Shown: positions 47,832 through 59,171, numbered from the stretch's first letter. The stretch is DNA of 60,502 bases from an uncultured Microscilla sp. (GCF_947493425.1 NZ_CANLRP010000034.1:1-60502); one strand, 5' to 3'. Numbers and translations: made by a program. Notes: a model not told the origin generated them from the letters alone.

Positions 47832-48287
47832 ATGTACAATACTGTTCTAATTATACACTCCTGGCTTCGTGTCATTATTTTAGTGCTTGCTGTGGTAGTA
47901 CTTTTCAAATCTTTGATGGGTTGGCTCAACAAAGGTAGTTATACCAAAGGCGATAACGCTTTATCAGCTTCTTTTGTGGGTTTTATCCACTTACAGGCTT
48001 TATTGGGATTCACTTTATACTTTTTTCTAAGCCCTATTACAACAAGTGCAATGAAAAACTTTGGGGCAGCAATGAAAAACTCAGCCGTTCGTTATTGGGC
48101 AGTTGAGCATATTTTGATTATGCTTATTGGCTTGGTAGTAGCTCAAATAGGTCGTTCGAAGGCTAAGAAATTGACTGACTCTACCGCAAAACATAAAACA
48201 AGCTTTATCTTTTTTACTATTGCTATAGTATTAATAGTGGGCGGTATTTTTGCTGGAGCAGCTTCAAGACCTTGGTTTCGGATGTAA
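47832..48287 (+). CDS. Hypothetical integral membrane protein with 4 predicted TM helices.
   Basis: 151 aa with four hydrophobic segments. Confidence 0.45.
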   Translation: MYNTVLIIHSWLRVIILVLAVVVLFKSLMGWLNKGSYTKGDNALSASFVGFIHLQALLGFTLYFFLSPITTSAMKNFGAAMKNSAVRYWAVEHILIMLIGLVVAQIGRSKAKKLTDSTAKHKTSFIFFTIAIVLIVGGIFAGAASRPWFRM

Positions 48288-48353
48288 TAATAGCTCACCT
48301 GTCTTAAAAGTAAAATCCCTTATTTTCGGCAAAGAGAATAAGGGATTTTTGCT

Positions 48354-49538
48354 TTAAGCTTCTTCTATAGCTTGCAACAATAGTTTGCAGGCGTCTCTTA
48401 TCTGCTCTTCGGTAATAATCAAAGGTGGAGCTATGCGCAAAGAGTTATCACAGTTGAGAAACCAGTCTGTAAGCACTCCTAGCTCCATGGCTTTATCTAT
48501 AATTGGTTTAAGTACCTCAAACGACTCAAACTCTACAGCCATTAGTAGGCCTTTGTTTCTTATCTGTTTTATTTTGGGATGAACCAGCAATGTTTTAAAC
48601 AAGTGAGCTTTTTGTGCTACTTCGTCTAATAAGCCTTCTTCTTGGATGGTTTGAATGGTAGCAAGCGAGGCCGCACAACTTACCGGATGACCACCAAAAG
48701 TACTGATATGCCCCAAAATAGGGTTGTTTTTGAATACTGCCATCTTATCCTTTGAGCTTATAAAAGCACTAATAGGCATTCCTCCTCCCATTCCTTTGGC
48801 GCAGGTAATAATATCAGGTACGATGTCGTAATGTTCAAACCCCCAAAATTTTCCAGTGCGTCCAAACCCTGTTTGAATCTCATCAAGAATAAGCAATGTT
48901 CCGGTTTCGTTACAACGCTGACGCAATGCCTGAAAATATTCTTTTGTGCCTACCCTTATACCTGCTTCTCCTTGCACTGTTTCTACTACAAAAGCAGCAG
49001 TGTTTGGAGTGATATAACGAAGGTCATCAATATTGCCAAATTGTACATGACGAATCCCTGGCAACAAGGGACGATATTTTGTTTTGAACTCTTCGCTGCC
49101 CCCTACCGACATTGCTCCGTGTGATGAACCGTGGTAAGCATTATGACAAGCTACAAACTCTGCCCTGCCTGTATAACGTTTGGCAAGTTTCATGGCTCCT
49201 TCTATGGCTTCACTCCCCGAATTCATAAAAAAAATATTATCGAGAGAAGAGGGGAGGGTATTTATAATGGCTTGTGCCAATTGGTTTTGTGGTGTTTGTA
49301 CTACTTCTCCGTACACCATCAAATGCATATAGGTTTCTGCTTGTTTTTTTACGGCATTCACTACGTTAGGGTGGCAATGTCCCACATTGCTTACTCCTAT
49401 ACCCGATATTAAATCTATAATGGCTTGACCATCAGTAGTATACATATATATGCCTGATGCGCTGGCTATTTCCAGCATTAAAGGGAAATCGGTGGTTTGT
49501 GCTAAGTGGTTTAAAAAAAGTTGTCTTTGAGAAATCAT
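48354..49538 (-). CDS. Class-III pyridoxal-phosphate aminotransferase (acetylornithine/ornithine aminotransferase-like).
   Basis: 394 aa. It has GIGVSNVGHCHP, the DEIQTGFGRTGK PLP-binding motif, and TCAKGMGGG with the Schiff-base lysine. Confidence 0.85.
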   Translation of the reverse strand: MISQRQLFLNHLAQTTDFPLMLEIASASGIYMYTTDGQAIIDLISGIGVSNVGHCHPNVVNAVKKQAETYMHLMVYGEVVQTPQNQLAQAIINTLPSSLDNIFFMNSGSEAIEGAMKLAKRYTGRAEFVACHNAYHGSSHGAMSVGGSEEFKTKYRPLLPGIRHVQFGNIDDLRYITPNTAAFVVETVQGEAGIRVGTKEYFQALRQRCNETGTLLILDEIQTGFGRTGKFWGFEHYDIVPDIITCAKGMGGGMPISAFISSKDKMAVFKNNPILGHISTFGGHPVSCAASLATIQTIQEEGLLDEVAQKAHLFKTLLVHPKIKQIRNKGLLMAVEFESFEVLKPIIDKAMELGVLTDWFLNCDNSLRIAPPLIITEEQIRDACKLLLQAIEEA

Positions 49539-49619
49539 ATACTCTCGGTTGATGTTTATGAGTCTTTACGCATTATAATAATGCATATTTAAAATTACTG
49601 TGTGCCAATCGGCAAAGCG

Positions 49620-50177
49620 TTATGAGCTTTTATATGCAAATTCATTTACACTGATATTTACAAAAGCCTCTAGTTCCTTTTTTTGATGTAAATGATGGCG
49701 TGTATGCATTTCTATTTGTTGGTACCATTCTAGTGAATTGAGCATACCAAAAATAACATGCTTGACTTTGTAGTGGTCACTATCATCAGCAATAGCTGCT
49801 GCCAAGCCTTGGAGTTGTTTTAGCAAGGTTGTCCATTGTTGCTTACATTCGTTACGAGATTTAGCTTCTGGTGCACCACTTGTCCATTCTTTGGGTTGCT
49901 TTATTTTTTGCTTAGGAAACCCCCCATGTTTATAAAGCATTTCTCCCATCTGAGTTTTTTTTCCTTCAAGGCTTCCTTTTTTGTGTTTTAAACAATTGTT
50001 TATGTTATATACAAAAAAAGTAGAGGCGGTATAAATATGTTGATACATTTGTGCCAACGACCAAGTACTTTCTGTTTCCTTATATACGAATTGTTCGTCT
50101 GTATAACGGTCTAACTCTTGGATATAGTAAGAGAAGAGCTCATTGAGTTTTTTTTGAGTTTGTTGAGTAGTGTTCAT
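49620..50177 (-). CDS. DinB/YfiT-like putative metal-dependent hydrolase.
   Basis: It has the conserved His pattern (W...AQMYQHI...; IEMHTRHHLHQ) of the DinB_2 four-helix-bundle family. Confidence 0.5.
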   Translation of the reverse strand: MNTTQQTQKKLNELFSYYIQELDRYTDEQFVYKETESTWSLAQMYQHIYTASTFFVYNINNCLKHKKGSLEGKKTQMGEMLYKHGGFPKQKIKQPKEWTSGAPEAKSRNECKQQWTTLLKQLQGLAAAIADDSDHYKVKHVIFGMLNSLEWYQQIEMHTRHHLHQKKELEAFVNISVNEFAYKSS

Positions 50178-50468
50178 AATCGTTAAAAAATAGGTGTTGA
50201 AATGATACTTTTGAAAATATGGCTGAAAAGCTTGTTTAAAGCTTATAGAGGTAGTTTTTGCGTGTTTTTTTCGTTTATTTTCTTTTTTTCTTTCTTCTAA
50301 AACCTGCTTTTTTTGTGCTGTAGTAAAATCAGCTAAAAAATGTATTTAGAGAGTGTAGGGCTATATTTTAAGGGTGAAAAAGTGCATTTTTAACCCAAAT
50401 AAAGGCGATAATTTCGCAATAATTTTTTATGAACTGATCTATCCCCTTGATAAAGCCTTTAATTTAGG

Positions 50469-51272
50469 CTACTTTTTGTGATATTCTTCAATGTATTGTT
50501 GCATTTCTTGCTGAAGTTTACGAGCTACCTCTTTTGGATTTTCCGAAAAAATAATTCCACGGGAGGAGTTTACCAATAATCCTATTTGAGAATTCATTCC
50601 ATATTTTGAAACTTCTTGTAAACTTCCTCCTTGTGCTCCTACTCCTGGTACTAACAAAAAATGTTTGGGAACCAAGCTTCGTATTTTTTGCAGCATACTC
50701 GCTTGGGTTGCTCCTACTACATACATCATTGCCTCATCATTGGTCCACTCTTGCGACTTGGTGAGAACTTCCTCGAAAAGTGCTTTTTTATCTTGGTTGA
50801 TAGGTAAAAACTGAAAATCTTGACTACTAGGATTAGAGGTTAACGCCAGTAAAATCACCCACTTTTGTGCATATTCCAGAAATGGACTTATAGAGTCTTT
50901 TCCCATGTATGGTGCTACTGTAATGGAGTTAAAATCAAGCGTTTTGAAGAATGCCTTGGCATATTGGTCTACTGTATTACCAATATCGCCTCGCTTGGCG
51001 TCAGCAATTGTGAATATATTTTGAGGAATATGTTCCAGTGTTTTTTGCATAGTTTCCCAACCTGCGGCTCCATTGCTTTCATAAAAAGCAGTGTTAATTT
51101 TGTATCCTACACAAAAGTCAGCCGTTTGGTCAATAATGTATTTATTGAAAGCAAGTACAGGGTCTGTTTCAGATTTGAACCGAGCAGGGATTTTTTCAAT
51201 GTCAGAGTCGAGCCCTACACATAGGTAAGATTGTTTTTGGAGAATTTGTTGGTAAAGTTCTTCTTTGGTCAT
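50469..51272 (-). CDS. pyrF: Orotidine 5'-phosphate decarboxylase (long/type 2 form).
   Basis: 267 aa with [16 protein letters not shown] and VGATQ motifs. Confidence 0.85.
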   Translation of the reverse strand: MTKEELYQQILQKQSYLCVGLDSDIEKIPARFKSETDPVLAFNKYIIDQTADFCVGYKINTAFYESNGAAGWETMQKTLEHIPQNIFTIADAKRGDIGNTVDQYAKAFFKTLDFNSITVAPYMGKDSISPFLEYAQKWVILLALTSNPSSQDFQFLPINQDKKALFEEVLTKSQEWTNDEAMMYVVGATQASMLQKIRSLVPKHFLLVPGVGAQGGSLQEVSKYGMNSQIGLLVNSSRGIIFSENPKEVARKLQQEMQQYIEEYHKK

Positions 51273-51394
51273 GGTAAAAACGCGTTAGTTTACAAGCTCA
51301 AAGTTACAGCTTGTAACACAGAAACAAAAAACGACAAAGAAAAAGGGTAAGAAGATTACCTCCTTACCCTTACAACACCAAGTAGTATTGTTGT

Positions 51395-52039
51395 TTATCT
51401 CAAATCGTTTAGCTCTACCCCAGGGTATTGCTTAGGGTTAAACTGAAAATAACTTTTTGATATCCCATTTTTATGCTCTATAAACTTCAATATCGTATAT
51501 ACATATCTGTTACCATTATTTTCATAAGTTTCCCAACCCATAATAGTATTATCAGCTTTTTTTACTCTTAGTTTAAGCTTTACCAATTGGTACTTTTTAC
51601 GATCTTGTGGTACCATTTCTATGCTATGATAAGACCCTTTGCTTTCGGCAGGCAACAGTCTGTATTTGAAACCTTGCTTATAAATAGTGTAAATTTTATC
51701 AGGGGTAATTCCTTCGTCTGGCTCGTATTCGGTTACATTGGCCTCATTGGTTTCTTTTAAGTAAGTCCATTGAGTTTTACCATCAGTCATTATTTCTTGC
51801 CCACTGGCTTTCAGGCGAAACATTTTTTTGGCTATAGTTATGCTTCCATTAAAGTTATCGGTTACACCAGCGGAACTTTTAAGCGAATATTTAAATGAAG
51901 CACCAAATGCTTTCATGTTTTCATACCTGTTTTTCACTGCATCCAAAATACTTTTTGCTTTGGCGTCTTGTTGTGCGGATAAATTAGTAAATGTGAATAA
52001 CCCGATGGTCAATAAAAATATCGTAGCTTTCAATTTCAT
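51395..52039 (-). CDS. LolA-like outer-membrane lipoprotein carrier family protein.
   Basis: It has a signal peptide followed by the AQQDAKAKSILD...FKY pattern typical of Bacteroidetes LolA-like proteins, and is ~210 aa. Confidence 0.5.
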   Translation of the reverse strand: MKLKATIFLLTIGLFTFTNLSAQQDAKAKSILDAVKNRYENMKAFGASFKYSLKSSAGVTDNFNGSITIAKKMFRLKASGQEIMTDGKTQWTYLKETNEANVTEYEPDEGITPDKIYTIYKQGFKYRLLPAESKGSYHSIEMVPQDRKKYQLVKLKLRVKKADNTIMGWETYENNGNRYVYTILKFIEHKNGISKSYFQFNPKQYPGVELNDLR

Positions 52040-52173
52040 GATCTTTGTTATTATGTTGTTGTCTGGTCTAATTGTTTAACTAGTCATTAGACACTTATTT
52101 TTTTATTTAGTTTAATTTCATGCTAATAATAAAACCCACTCTAGTAAATTATATTATACTTCGTGTTTTTTTA

Positions 52174-54939
52174 TTAACTGTTATTGCTGATTTCATTAAG
52201 CAAACGCTCGAGACTGTATTCGTCAGGAATAAGTACTTCACGCGCTTTACTTCCTTCAAATGGACCTACAATTCCGGCTTGTTCTAGTTGATCAATCAAA
52301 CGGCCTGCACGGTTATAGCCAAGTTTCAAACGGCGTTGCAGGAGCGAAGTACTCCCTTGTTGATGCATTACAATAATACGGGCTGCTTCGTCAAACAATT
52401 CATCACGATCGCCTACTGAACCGCCAGTACTACCACCCCCTTTATTGTCTTCTCCATGAAACTCAGGCAATTGATAAGCTTCAGGGTAGCCCTGTTGATC
52501 ACCAATAAAGTTACAAACACGTTCTACCTCTGGAGTATCTAAAAACGCCCCTTGCAGACGAATCATTTCTGCTCCCATAGAAAACAGCATATCACCCATA
52601 CCTACTAGTTGCTCAGCTCCTCCAGCGTCTAATATGGTTCTGGAGTCAATTTTAGAGGTAACTTTAAACGACAAACGAGCAGGAAAGTTAGCCTTGATCA
52701 CCCCTGTAATAACGTTTACAGAAGGACGTTGGGTGGCTACCACCAAGTGTATGCCAATAGCACGCGCCAACTGAGCCAAACGAGCAATGGGTTGTTCTAC
52801 TTCTTTTCCTGCGGTCATCATCAAATCAGCCAACTCATCTATTACCAACACAATGTAAGGCATAAACTTGTGCCCTTTTTTGGGGTTGAGTTTGCGTTGG
52901 GTAAACTTTTGGTTATACTCTTTAATATTTCGACAAAGTGCATCTTTCAACAGGTTATAACGATTGTCCATTTCCAGACACAGCGAATTGAGGGTATGAA
53001 TCACCTTTTGATTATCAGTAATAATGGCCTCCTCTGAGTCTGGAAGTGTTGCCAAAAAGTGTTTTTCGATGGCAGTGAAAAGAGCCAATTCTACCTTCTT
53101 AGGGTCAATCAGTACAAACTTGAGTTCGGCGGGGTGTTTTTTGTAGATCAATGTAGCAAGAAAAACATTCAACCCTACTGACTTACCTTGACCAGTAGCA
53201 CCAGCCATCAATACATGGGGCATCTTGGCAAGGTCAGCCAAGAACACCTTATTTTCAATGGTTTTACCCAATACAATTGGTAAACTTGCTTTGGTGTTTT
53301 TGAAGGCATCGTCTTCCATAATAGAGCGCATAGTTACCACTTCACGCCTTTTGTTGGGTACTTCAATACCAATCGTTCCTTTGCCAGGAATAGGGGCAAT
53401 AATACGTATGCCCAATGCAGCAAGACTTAGTGCAATGTCATCTTCAAGGTTTTTAATTTTAGAAATACGAACACCCGCTTCTGGTATAATTTCATACAGA
53501 GTTACTGTAGGACCAATGGTGGCCTTAATCTGAGAAATGCCAATGCCATAGTTGCTTAAGGTTTCTACAATACGATCTTTATTGGCTTCCAGTTCTTCAT
53601 TTGACACCTGTCTCTTCATTTCAGGGAGCTCATTGAGCAAGTCAGCCGTAGGAAACTTATAAGTACTAAGGTCTAGAGTAGGGTCATAAGCTTCCAGCTT
53701 TTTTTCTTCTTTTGTTTCCCGGTTATGCTCTGCTTCCTCTTTAAAGTTAATGTCTTTTTGGATTGCCTTTTCAAAGAATGGGTTTACTTTTTCAGTCACC
53801 TTATCTATAGAAGGAGGGGGTGTTTGAGGAGTTACTGGTGCCGATTCATCAGTAAGCTCAAGGTCAAGTTTGCCCGTTTTTCTTTTAGATAATTTCTCTG
53901 TGCTTCGGCGAGTACGCTTCGGTGATACCTCTTTAGGCATTTCCAGAGGTGTTTCACTTGTAGGGTTTTTGAACGGAGGCATATCAGGAACTACCTCATC
54001 ATTATCTTCTGATAAATCTTCAGTGTCTACCTTAGGCATGCGGGTGGTTCTTAGTTTGCTTGCCCGCTCTTTTTTGATAGCTTCTGTTGGATCTTCAGTG
54101 ATTTTGGTAACCCTTTCTATAGGTTTAGTTTTATCCAGCGTGGGGTCATCATCGGTTACTTCCAGAATAATACCCTCGTCTGAAAATAAATCTTTGTGGT
54201 CTTCATTGTTGCCTGCTTCTGTGGTTTCAACTGTTTTTTTATTCTTTTCTACCCGTTCATATCGCACACTTTTGGCTGCATCAGAAATTGTTTTTACAAT
54301 GCCATTATTGGTTGACACATACTTTTTGTAATCATCATAAGCGAAGGTTTTTACTACAAACCAGGCTAATACAGCAAAAGTAATGACTACAGAAAAGAAT
54401 GATTTAAACAGTGGAATTAAAAAAGTATGGGCAATTTCGAAGCCCCAGGCACCACTTACAAAAGCGCTTCGGTCGGCAAGCGCCACCAAAGTACTAATCC
54501 AAATAAGAAAAAATATAGATACACGCATTAAGCGGGGAAGCCTAATAAGCGTGACATTGTTAAGAAAGCGCCAGCCTAATACAAAAGAGATCACAACTAA
54601 TATATAGGCAGCAATGCCAAACCCCTTGAATACAAAAGTGTGGGCAAGAATTGCCCCGGTAAGCCCTAGCCAGTTTTGTACTTCAGCGCCACTTTGGGCA
54701 AGTTTATTATTCCAAAATGCTTCTACCAAGCTTTGGTCAGCTTTGCCCGTTCCTCCTAAAAAATAAGAGGTAAACGCGCCAAACATTGCCATAGCAAGCA
54801 ATAGAAAAAACAGACCTAGGGTAAATCTTACATTTTTGTTTTTGAGTAGTAAGCTTATGATCTGCATAAACTCATTTTGACTCAATCGCCCCGAATCGTT
54901 TTTTCTTTTGTATGTATTTTCTCGGACAGTCTTTGCCAT
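52174..54939 (-). CDS. ftsK: DNA translocase FtsK.
   Basis: It has N-terminal TM helices, a long Pro/Glu/Lys-rich linker, a C-terminal motor with Walker A (GATGQGKS) and Walker B (VLVIDELADL), and a gamma domain (LLQRRLKLGYNRAGRLIDQLE). Confidence 0.9.
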   Translation of the reverse strand: MAKTVRENTYKRKNDSGRLSQNEFMQIISLLLKNKNVRFTLGLFFLLLAMAMFGAFTSYFLGGTGKADQSLVEAFWNNKLAQSGAEVQNWLGLTGAILAHTFVFKGFGIAAYILVVISFVLGWRFLNNVTLIRLPRLMRVSIFFLIWISTLVALADRSAFVSGAWGFEIAHTFLIPLFKSFFSVVITFAVLAWFVVKTFAYDDYKKYVSTNNGIVKTISDAAKSVRYERVEKNKKTVETTEAGNNEDHKDLFSDEGIILEVTDDDPTLDKTKPIERVTKITEDPTEAIKKERASKLRTTRMPKVDTEDLSEDNDEVVPDMPPFKNPTSETPLEMPKEVSPKRTRRSTEKLSKRKTGKLDLELTDESAPVTPQTPPPSIDKVTEKVNPFFEKAIQKDINFKEEAEHNRETKEEKKLEAYDPTLDLSTYKFPTADLLNELPEMKRQVSNEELEANKDRIVETLSNYGIGISQIKATIGPTVTLYEIIPEAGVRISKIKNLEDDIALSLAALGIRIIAPIPGKGTIGIEVPNKRREVVTMRSIMEDDAFKNTKASLPIVLGKTIENKVFLADLAKMPHVLMAGATGQGKSVGLNVFLATLIYKKHPAELKFVLIDPKKVELALFTAIEKHFLATLPDSEEAIITDNQKVIHTLNSLCLEMDNRYNLLKDALCRNIKEYNQKFTQRKLNPKKGHKFMPYIVLVIDELADLMMTAGKEVEQPIARLAQLARAIGIHLVVATQRPSVNVITGVIKANFPARLSFKVTSKIDSRTILDAGGAEQLVGMGDMLFSMGAEMIRLQGAFLDTPEVERVCNFIGDQQGYPEAYQLPEFHGEDNKGGGSTGGSVGDRDELFDEAARIIVMHQQGSTSLLQRRLKLGYNRAGRLIDQLEQAGIVGPFEGSKAREVLIPDEYSLERLLNEISNNS

Positions 54940-54986
54940 ATTATATGCAAATTTAATTGGTAAAAAGGCATTGATTCAAGCGGGTA

Positions 54987-56057
54987 TTATTTGCTCGCCA
55001 CCAATTTTTGAGTGCCTTTGTTAGATTGCATTTTGATCAATGCTTTTTTTATGTTTTTGATTAATGCAGGTCCTTCATAGATAAATCCAGAGTAGACTTG
55101 CACCAGCGATGCGCCAGCTTCCAGTTTTTCTATAGCATCGGCAGCAGATGCTATGCCTCCTACACCAATGATTGGGAAAGCCCCCTTTGATTTTTGATGG
55201 ATATACCTAATTACTTCAGTAGACCGGTCTTTTAGTGGTTTACCACTTAAGCCACCTGCACCAATAGTTTCTATTTCTGTTTTGTCAGCTTGAAGCCCCC
55301 CACGGTCAATGGTAGTATTGGTAGCAATGAGTCCATCTATTTTAGTATCCAATAAAACGTCTACTACTTCGTCAAGTTGTTCATTGCTCAAGTCAGGAGC
55401 AATTTTAAGTAAAATAGGTTTGGTTTGAGGTTTTTGTTTGTTCTTATTTTGTAATGTTACCAAAAGCTTGGTCAGTGGTTCTTTATCCTGTAATGCTCTT
55501 AAGTTAGGCGTATTGGGAGAGCTTACATTTACCACAAAATAATCAACATAATCGAATAAAGCATCAAAGCATTTTTCATAATCACTGATTGCTTCTTCGT
55601 TGGGAGTTACTTTATTTTTGCCAATATTACCCCCCACTAAAATATTTGCCGGACGTTTTTTCAAATGACCAATGGCAGTACTTACTCCATCATTGTTAAA
55701 GCCCATCCGGTTGATAATCGCCTGGTCTTTTTTTAGTCTAAATAATCGGGGTTTGGGATTGCCCTCCTGAGCTTTAGGAGTAAGCGTGCCTATCTCAATA
55801 AACCCAAAACCAAAGTTGGCCATTTCCTGAATCAAAACGGCATTTTTGTCGAAACCTGCTGCCAACCCTATCGGGTTTTTAAAAGTGAGCCCAAACAGTT
55901 CTTTCTCCAAAGCAGGGCTTTCATACGTATACCGTTTCCGTATTAAGTGAGAAAGTCCAGGGATTTTAAATGCCCACTTAATCATTTTAAAAGTAGTATG
56001 ATGCACTTTTTCGGCATCAAAACGGAATAAAACAGGTCTGACAAATTGTTTATACAA
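54987..56057 (-). CDS. pyrD: Dihydroorotate dehydrogenase (quinone), class 2.
   Basis: It has [20 protein letters not shown] and GVGGI motifs and an N-terminal membrane-association helix. Confidence 0.9.
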   Translation of the reverse strand: MYKQFVRPVLFRFDAEKVHHTTFKMIKWAFKIPGLSHLIRKRYTYESPALEKELFGLTFKNPIGLAAGFDKNAVLIQEMANFGFGFIEIGTLTPKAQEGNPKPRLFRLKKDQAIINRMGFNNDGVSTAIGHLKKRPANILVGGNIGKNKVTPNEEAISDYEKCFDALFDYVDYFVVNVSSPNTPNLRALQDKEPLTKLLVTLQNKNKQKPQTKPILLKIAPDLSNEQLDEVVDVLLDTKIDGLIATNTTIDRGGLQADKTEIETIGAGGLSGKPLKDRSTEVIRYIHQKSKGAFPIIGVGGIASAADAIEKLEAGASLVQVYSGFIYEGPALIKNIKKALIKMQSNKGTQKLVASK

Positions 56058-56124
56058 ATCTTCTAAAAGTTAATGATGATGTTGCAAAAGTAACGGTTTT
56101 TTACCAAAGAGATAATGAACCTCT

Positions 56125-57051
56125 TTAATTATTGAGCAAAAGCTTTTCTAGTTGATTAAGGTCGGCTTTGATTTTTGATAAAGCGAGCCGATCACGATTT
56201 TTGATGGCTACTTCCAATGCTTTTTTTATACTGGCATGGTAGTGTTCTATTTGAGCATTTATTTGTTCGTTAGTATACTGAGGCGTAGGTACATCTTTGG
56301 TTTGATAAGCTTGCTCTTCTTTGCCTTCTTCTATTTCGGTAGCTCTTTTATAGATATCTTCTACACTAAGTATGGGTACCTCATCAGAGTCTTTGGCTAC
56401 TTCGCCCAGCTTTTGTACATGGCTCTTATTTACTTTTACTTTGCCCTTCAGTATTTCTTGCTTCAGTTCAGGGTTTGATTTGCCAATAATGTCCATCCCC
56501 TCGGCAAACTTAGCGTCACGACGAATCGTTTTTTCATCTACATTGTATTCTTTAGCAATACGCTTTGCGGTAGACTCTTTGGGTTGTTCACTGTTACTTA
56601 GGTCAGTGCGTTGCCCTTGCGATTTCTCAGAGTTATAACGCGACCCACGTAAAAAGGCTTGTTGTTCTTTACTAAGGTTTCGTCGTCCTAGTTGATTATT
56701 GATCATCCAGTTTCGCGCTTCAAACCTGGTTTTGAATTGTACCAGATGAATCTTAAAGTCTACATTATAAGTAGTACATATTTTATGGCGATTATGCCCG
56801 TCAATAAGTACATACTTTCCAGCAAGTTCGTCATCAGCGTCATGGGGTACTTTCCATACCACCAAAGGTTCACGACACCCTTCCTCTGCGATGTTTTGGG
56901 CAAGTTGGGCAAATTCATCTTCCTTGAGTGGAGGAATCAAATCCCTGAATTCATCCTCAATGTGAATCTTTGCTTTTATCTGCGACTCACTTTCGCTTTT
57001 TTGTTTTACGGCTCCACTTAATAGGTTTGCCAGTTTATCTCTTTTAGCCAT
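56125..57051 (-). CDS. parB: ParB-like partition protein. It is noncanonical, with a ParB/Srx N-terminal domain and an HTH, and lacks the chromosomal GERRxRA motif.
   Basis: It has LVVWKV...YVLIDGHNRHKI (ParB N-domain) and an HTH around TAKRIAKEYNVDEKTIRR. It overlaps the upstream parA by 8 nt. Confidence 0.65.
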   Translation of the reverse strand: MAKRDKLANLLSGAVKQKSESESQIKAKIHIEDEFRDLIPPLKEDEFAQLAQNIAEEGCREPLVVWKVPHDADDELAGKYVLIDGHNRHKICTTYNVDFKIHLVQFKTRFEARNWMINNQLGRRNLSKEQQAFLRGSRYNSEKSQGQRTDLSNSEQPKESTAKRIAKEYNVDEKTIRRDAKFAEGMDIIGKSNPELKQEILKGKVKVNKSHVQKLGEVAKDSDEVPILSVEDIYKRATEIEEGKEEQAYQTKDVPTPQYTNEQINAQIEHYHASIKKALEVAIKNRDRLALSKIKADLNQLEKLLLNN

Positions 57052-57787
57052 TAATGACCTCCTTTGAAAGGTTTAAATAATCTTCGGCAGCAGCACAGGT
57101 TTTATCGTAAGAAAAAATATCTTGTCGATGAGTAGACGACTCTACCACTGCCACGTTTTGCCTGATAACGGTTTGAAAAGCTGCATCGGGATATTCGGTT
57201 TGAACTTTCTCTACAATGGTTCTACTTACCACTGTACGATTTACTTGAGTAAGCAGTAGCCCCATAAGTCCCAGTGCTGGATTTAGGTTTTGACGTAGCT
57301 CCTCTATCAATTCTATAATAGTGTCAAGGCCTTTGATGGCAAGGTATTGCGATTGAACCACGATAAGTACTTCGTTGGCAGCTATCATTGCGTTGGCAGT
57401 GAGAATACCCAAAGAAGGGGGGCAGTCGATTAGAATAAAATCATAATCTTTTGCTATAGTTGCCAGTGCGTTTCTTAGTTTAAAATACCCATTTACTTCT
57501 GTAATGAGTTTTACTTCTGCCCCTGACAAATCAAGGTCTGCCGGAATGATGTTGAGTCCTGTAGCTATTTTGTGCACAGGTAACACTTCACCTTCACACA
57601 ATGCGTGGTAAATATTTTTGGGAGGCTCTTCTATACCTACCGACTGCGACAGGTTTGCCTGAGGGTCAATGTCTACTATAAGCACTTTCTTTTTATTCAT
57701 CGAAAGTGCCTTACCCAAGTTAAGGGTAGTAGTAGTTTTGCCTACGCCTCCTTTATGATTTACTACGGCAATTATTCGTGGTTTCAT
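57044..57787 (-). CDS. parA: ParA/Soj-family partition ATPase.
   Basis: It has the deviant Walker A (KGGVGKTTT) with IVDIDPQANLS, and is 247 aa. Confidence 0.9.
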   Translation of the reverse strand: MKPRIIAVVNHKGGVGKTTTTLNLGKALSMNKKKVLIVDIDPQANLSQSVGIEEPPKNIYHALCEGEVLPVHKIATGLNIIPADLDLSGAEVKLITEVNGYFKLRNALATIAKDYDFILIDCPPSLGILTANAMIAANEVLIVVQSQYLAIKGLDTIIELIEELRQNLNPALGLMGLLLTQVNRTVVSRTIVEKVQTEYPDAAFQTVIRQNVAVVESSTHRQDIFSYDKTCAAAEDYLNLSKEVING

Positions 57788-57947
57788 TGAGTCTTTGTCT
57801 AAGTTGTTGTCCAGATGACAAATAATAATTTAGCCATAAATTTACTACTTATAAAATATTTGCTCAAATAAATAGCAGGTTTTTGCCCATTGAGCAAGCG
57901 CTTAATCTATGCAGTAGGCAGTGTTGAGTGATGCGGTTTTGTGGGTA

Positions 57948-57975
57948 TACACTTCTGGACTTTTTGTCCAGAAGT
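57948..57975. other. Perfect 11-bp stem hairpin (cacttctggac-ttttt-gtccagaagtg) between the SDR gene and parA.
   Basis: The inverted repeat is read directly. It lies 3 nt downstream of the SDR stop on the minus strand. It has no adjacent U-run. Confidence 0.5.
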
Positions 57976-57977
57976 GG

Positions 57978-58835
57978 TTAAAATGTTTGACCTTCGAGCT
58001 GGGTTAGTTGAATGCTTATGTCCCAGACTTTTTCAGCGTAAGTCTCATTAAGTGCATCTTTGTTAGGTGTTTTTTGCTTTTTATTGGCAAAGTACTTACC
58101 CGATATGTTGGCTACCTTAGGCGAACTAGCCAAGTATATGGAGGTAGCAGCGCCTTTGGCTGAGTTAATCATAAAAGGCTTGGCCAAAGCAAATATCACT
58201 TTAGTAAAGCCTGATAAGTTTTTCGAAAAGTTAGTGCGTACTACTCCAGGGTGTAAAGCATTTACTGTAATGGAGGTATTAGCCAAACGTTTGGCTAAGG
58301 CAATAGTAAAATGAATGTTGAGTAATTTTGAAATTGAGTAAGCTTTCATAGGAGTATAACCTTGTTCTAGTTGCAGGTCATTGATGTTAAAGTCTATAAA
58401 CTTGTGGGCGTCTGATGACACATTGATAATGCGTGCCATGGGGCTTGCCAATAACGATGGTTTTAATAAATTGGTAAGCATAAAGTAACCTAAATGGTTA
58501 ACTGCTACTGTTTGTTCTATACCATCTGGAGTTGTTTGACGTGTGGTACCAGCTGCAATGAAACCAGCATTGTTTATCAGTACATCTATAGCTGGATAAC
58601 GTTGGGTAAGTTCAACTGCCACTTTTTTTATTTGGGCTTGTATACTAAAGTCGCATATAAAAATCTCTATATTTTGATTACCACTTTCGTTGATAATTTC
58701 TTTTTTAGCTTCTTCAGCTTTGTGAGGGTTGCGACAAACCATGGCTATAGTTGCGCCCATTTTGGCAAGAGCCAGTGTGGTTTCTTTTCCAATACCAGCA
58801 TTAGCACCAGTTATAATACATACTTTATCTTTCAT
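57978..58835 (-). CDS. Short-chain dehydrogenase/reductase (SDR) family oxidoreductase.
   Basis: It has TGANAGIGKET (Rossmann TGxxxGxG), NNAG, and the catalytic YSISK (YxxxK). Confidence 0.85.
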   Translation of the reverse strand: MKDKVCIITGANAGIGKETTLALAKMGATIAMVCRNPHKAEEAKKEIINESGNQNIEIFICDFSIQAQIKKVAVELTQRYPAIDVLINNAGFIAAGTTRQTTPDGIEQTVAVNHLGYFMLTNLLKPSLLASPMARIINVSSDAHKFIDFNINDLQLEQGYTPMKAYSISKLLNIHFTIALAKRLANTSITVNALHPGVVRTNFSKNLSGFTKVIFALAKPFMINSAKGAATSIYLASSPKVANISGKYFANKKQKTPNKDALNETYAEKVWDISIQLTQLEGQTF

Positions 58836-59171
58836 AATGACAAGGGTTATTTAGATGGTAATATACATATATAATATGAAGTGGTAATTTACTTTTGGGC
58901 AAAATGTCCATAGGTAAATAGAAAGTAAATAATAGAAGATATATGAAATAATAAAACCCAGCAAAAATGAATAAGTTCGAAAAACAAGCCACTAAGTTCT
59001 GGCAAACTTATGATGGCTTTGAGCCTTTCTGGAGTAAATATGAGCAACTATGTGCAGAGGGAGTAGGTTCAAATACTACTTCTAAACCTCGGGAATAATC
59101 AATTTTTTGTTTTACCTGAGGACGTTCAAACCTGGAGAAGCTTTGTTGTACTAAATTTAGAAAATAATAGA

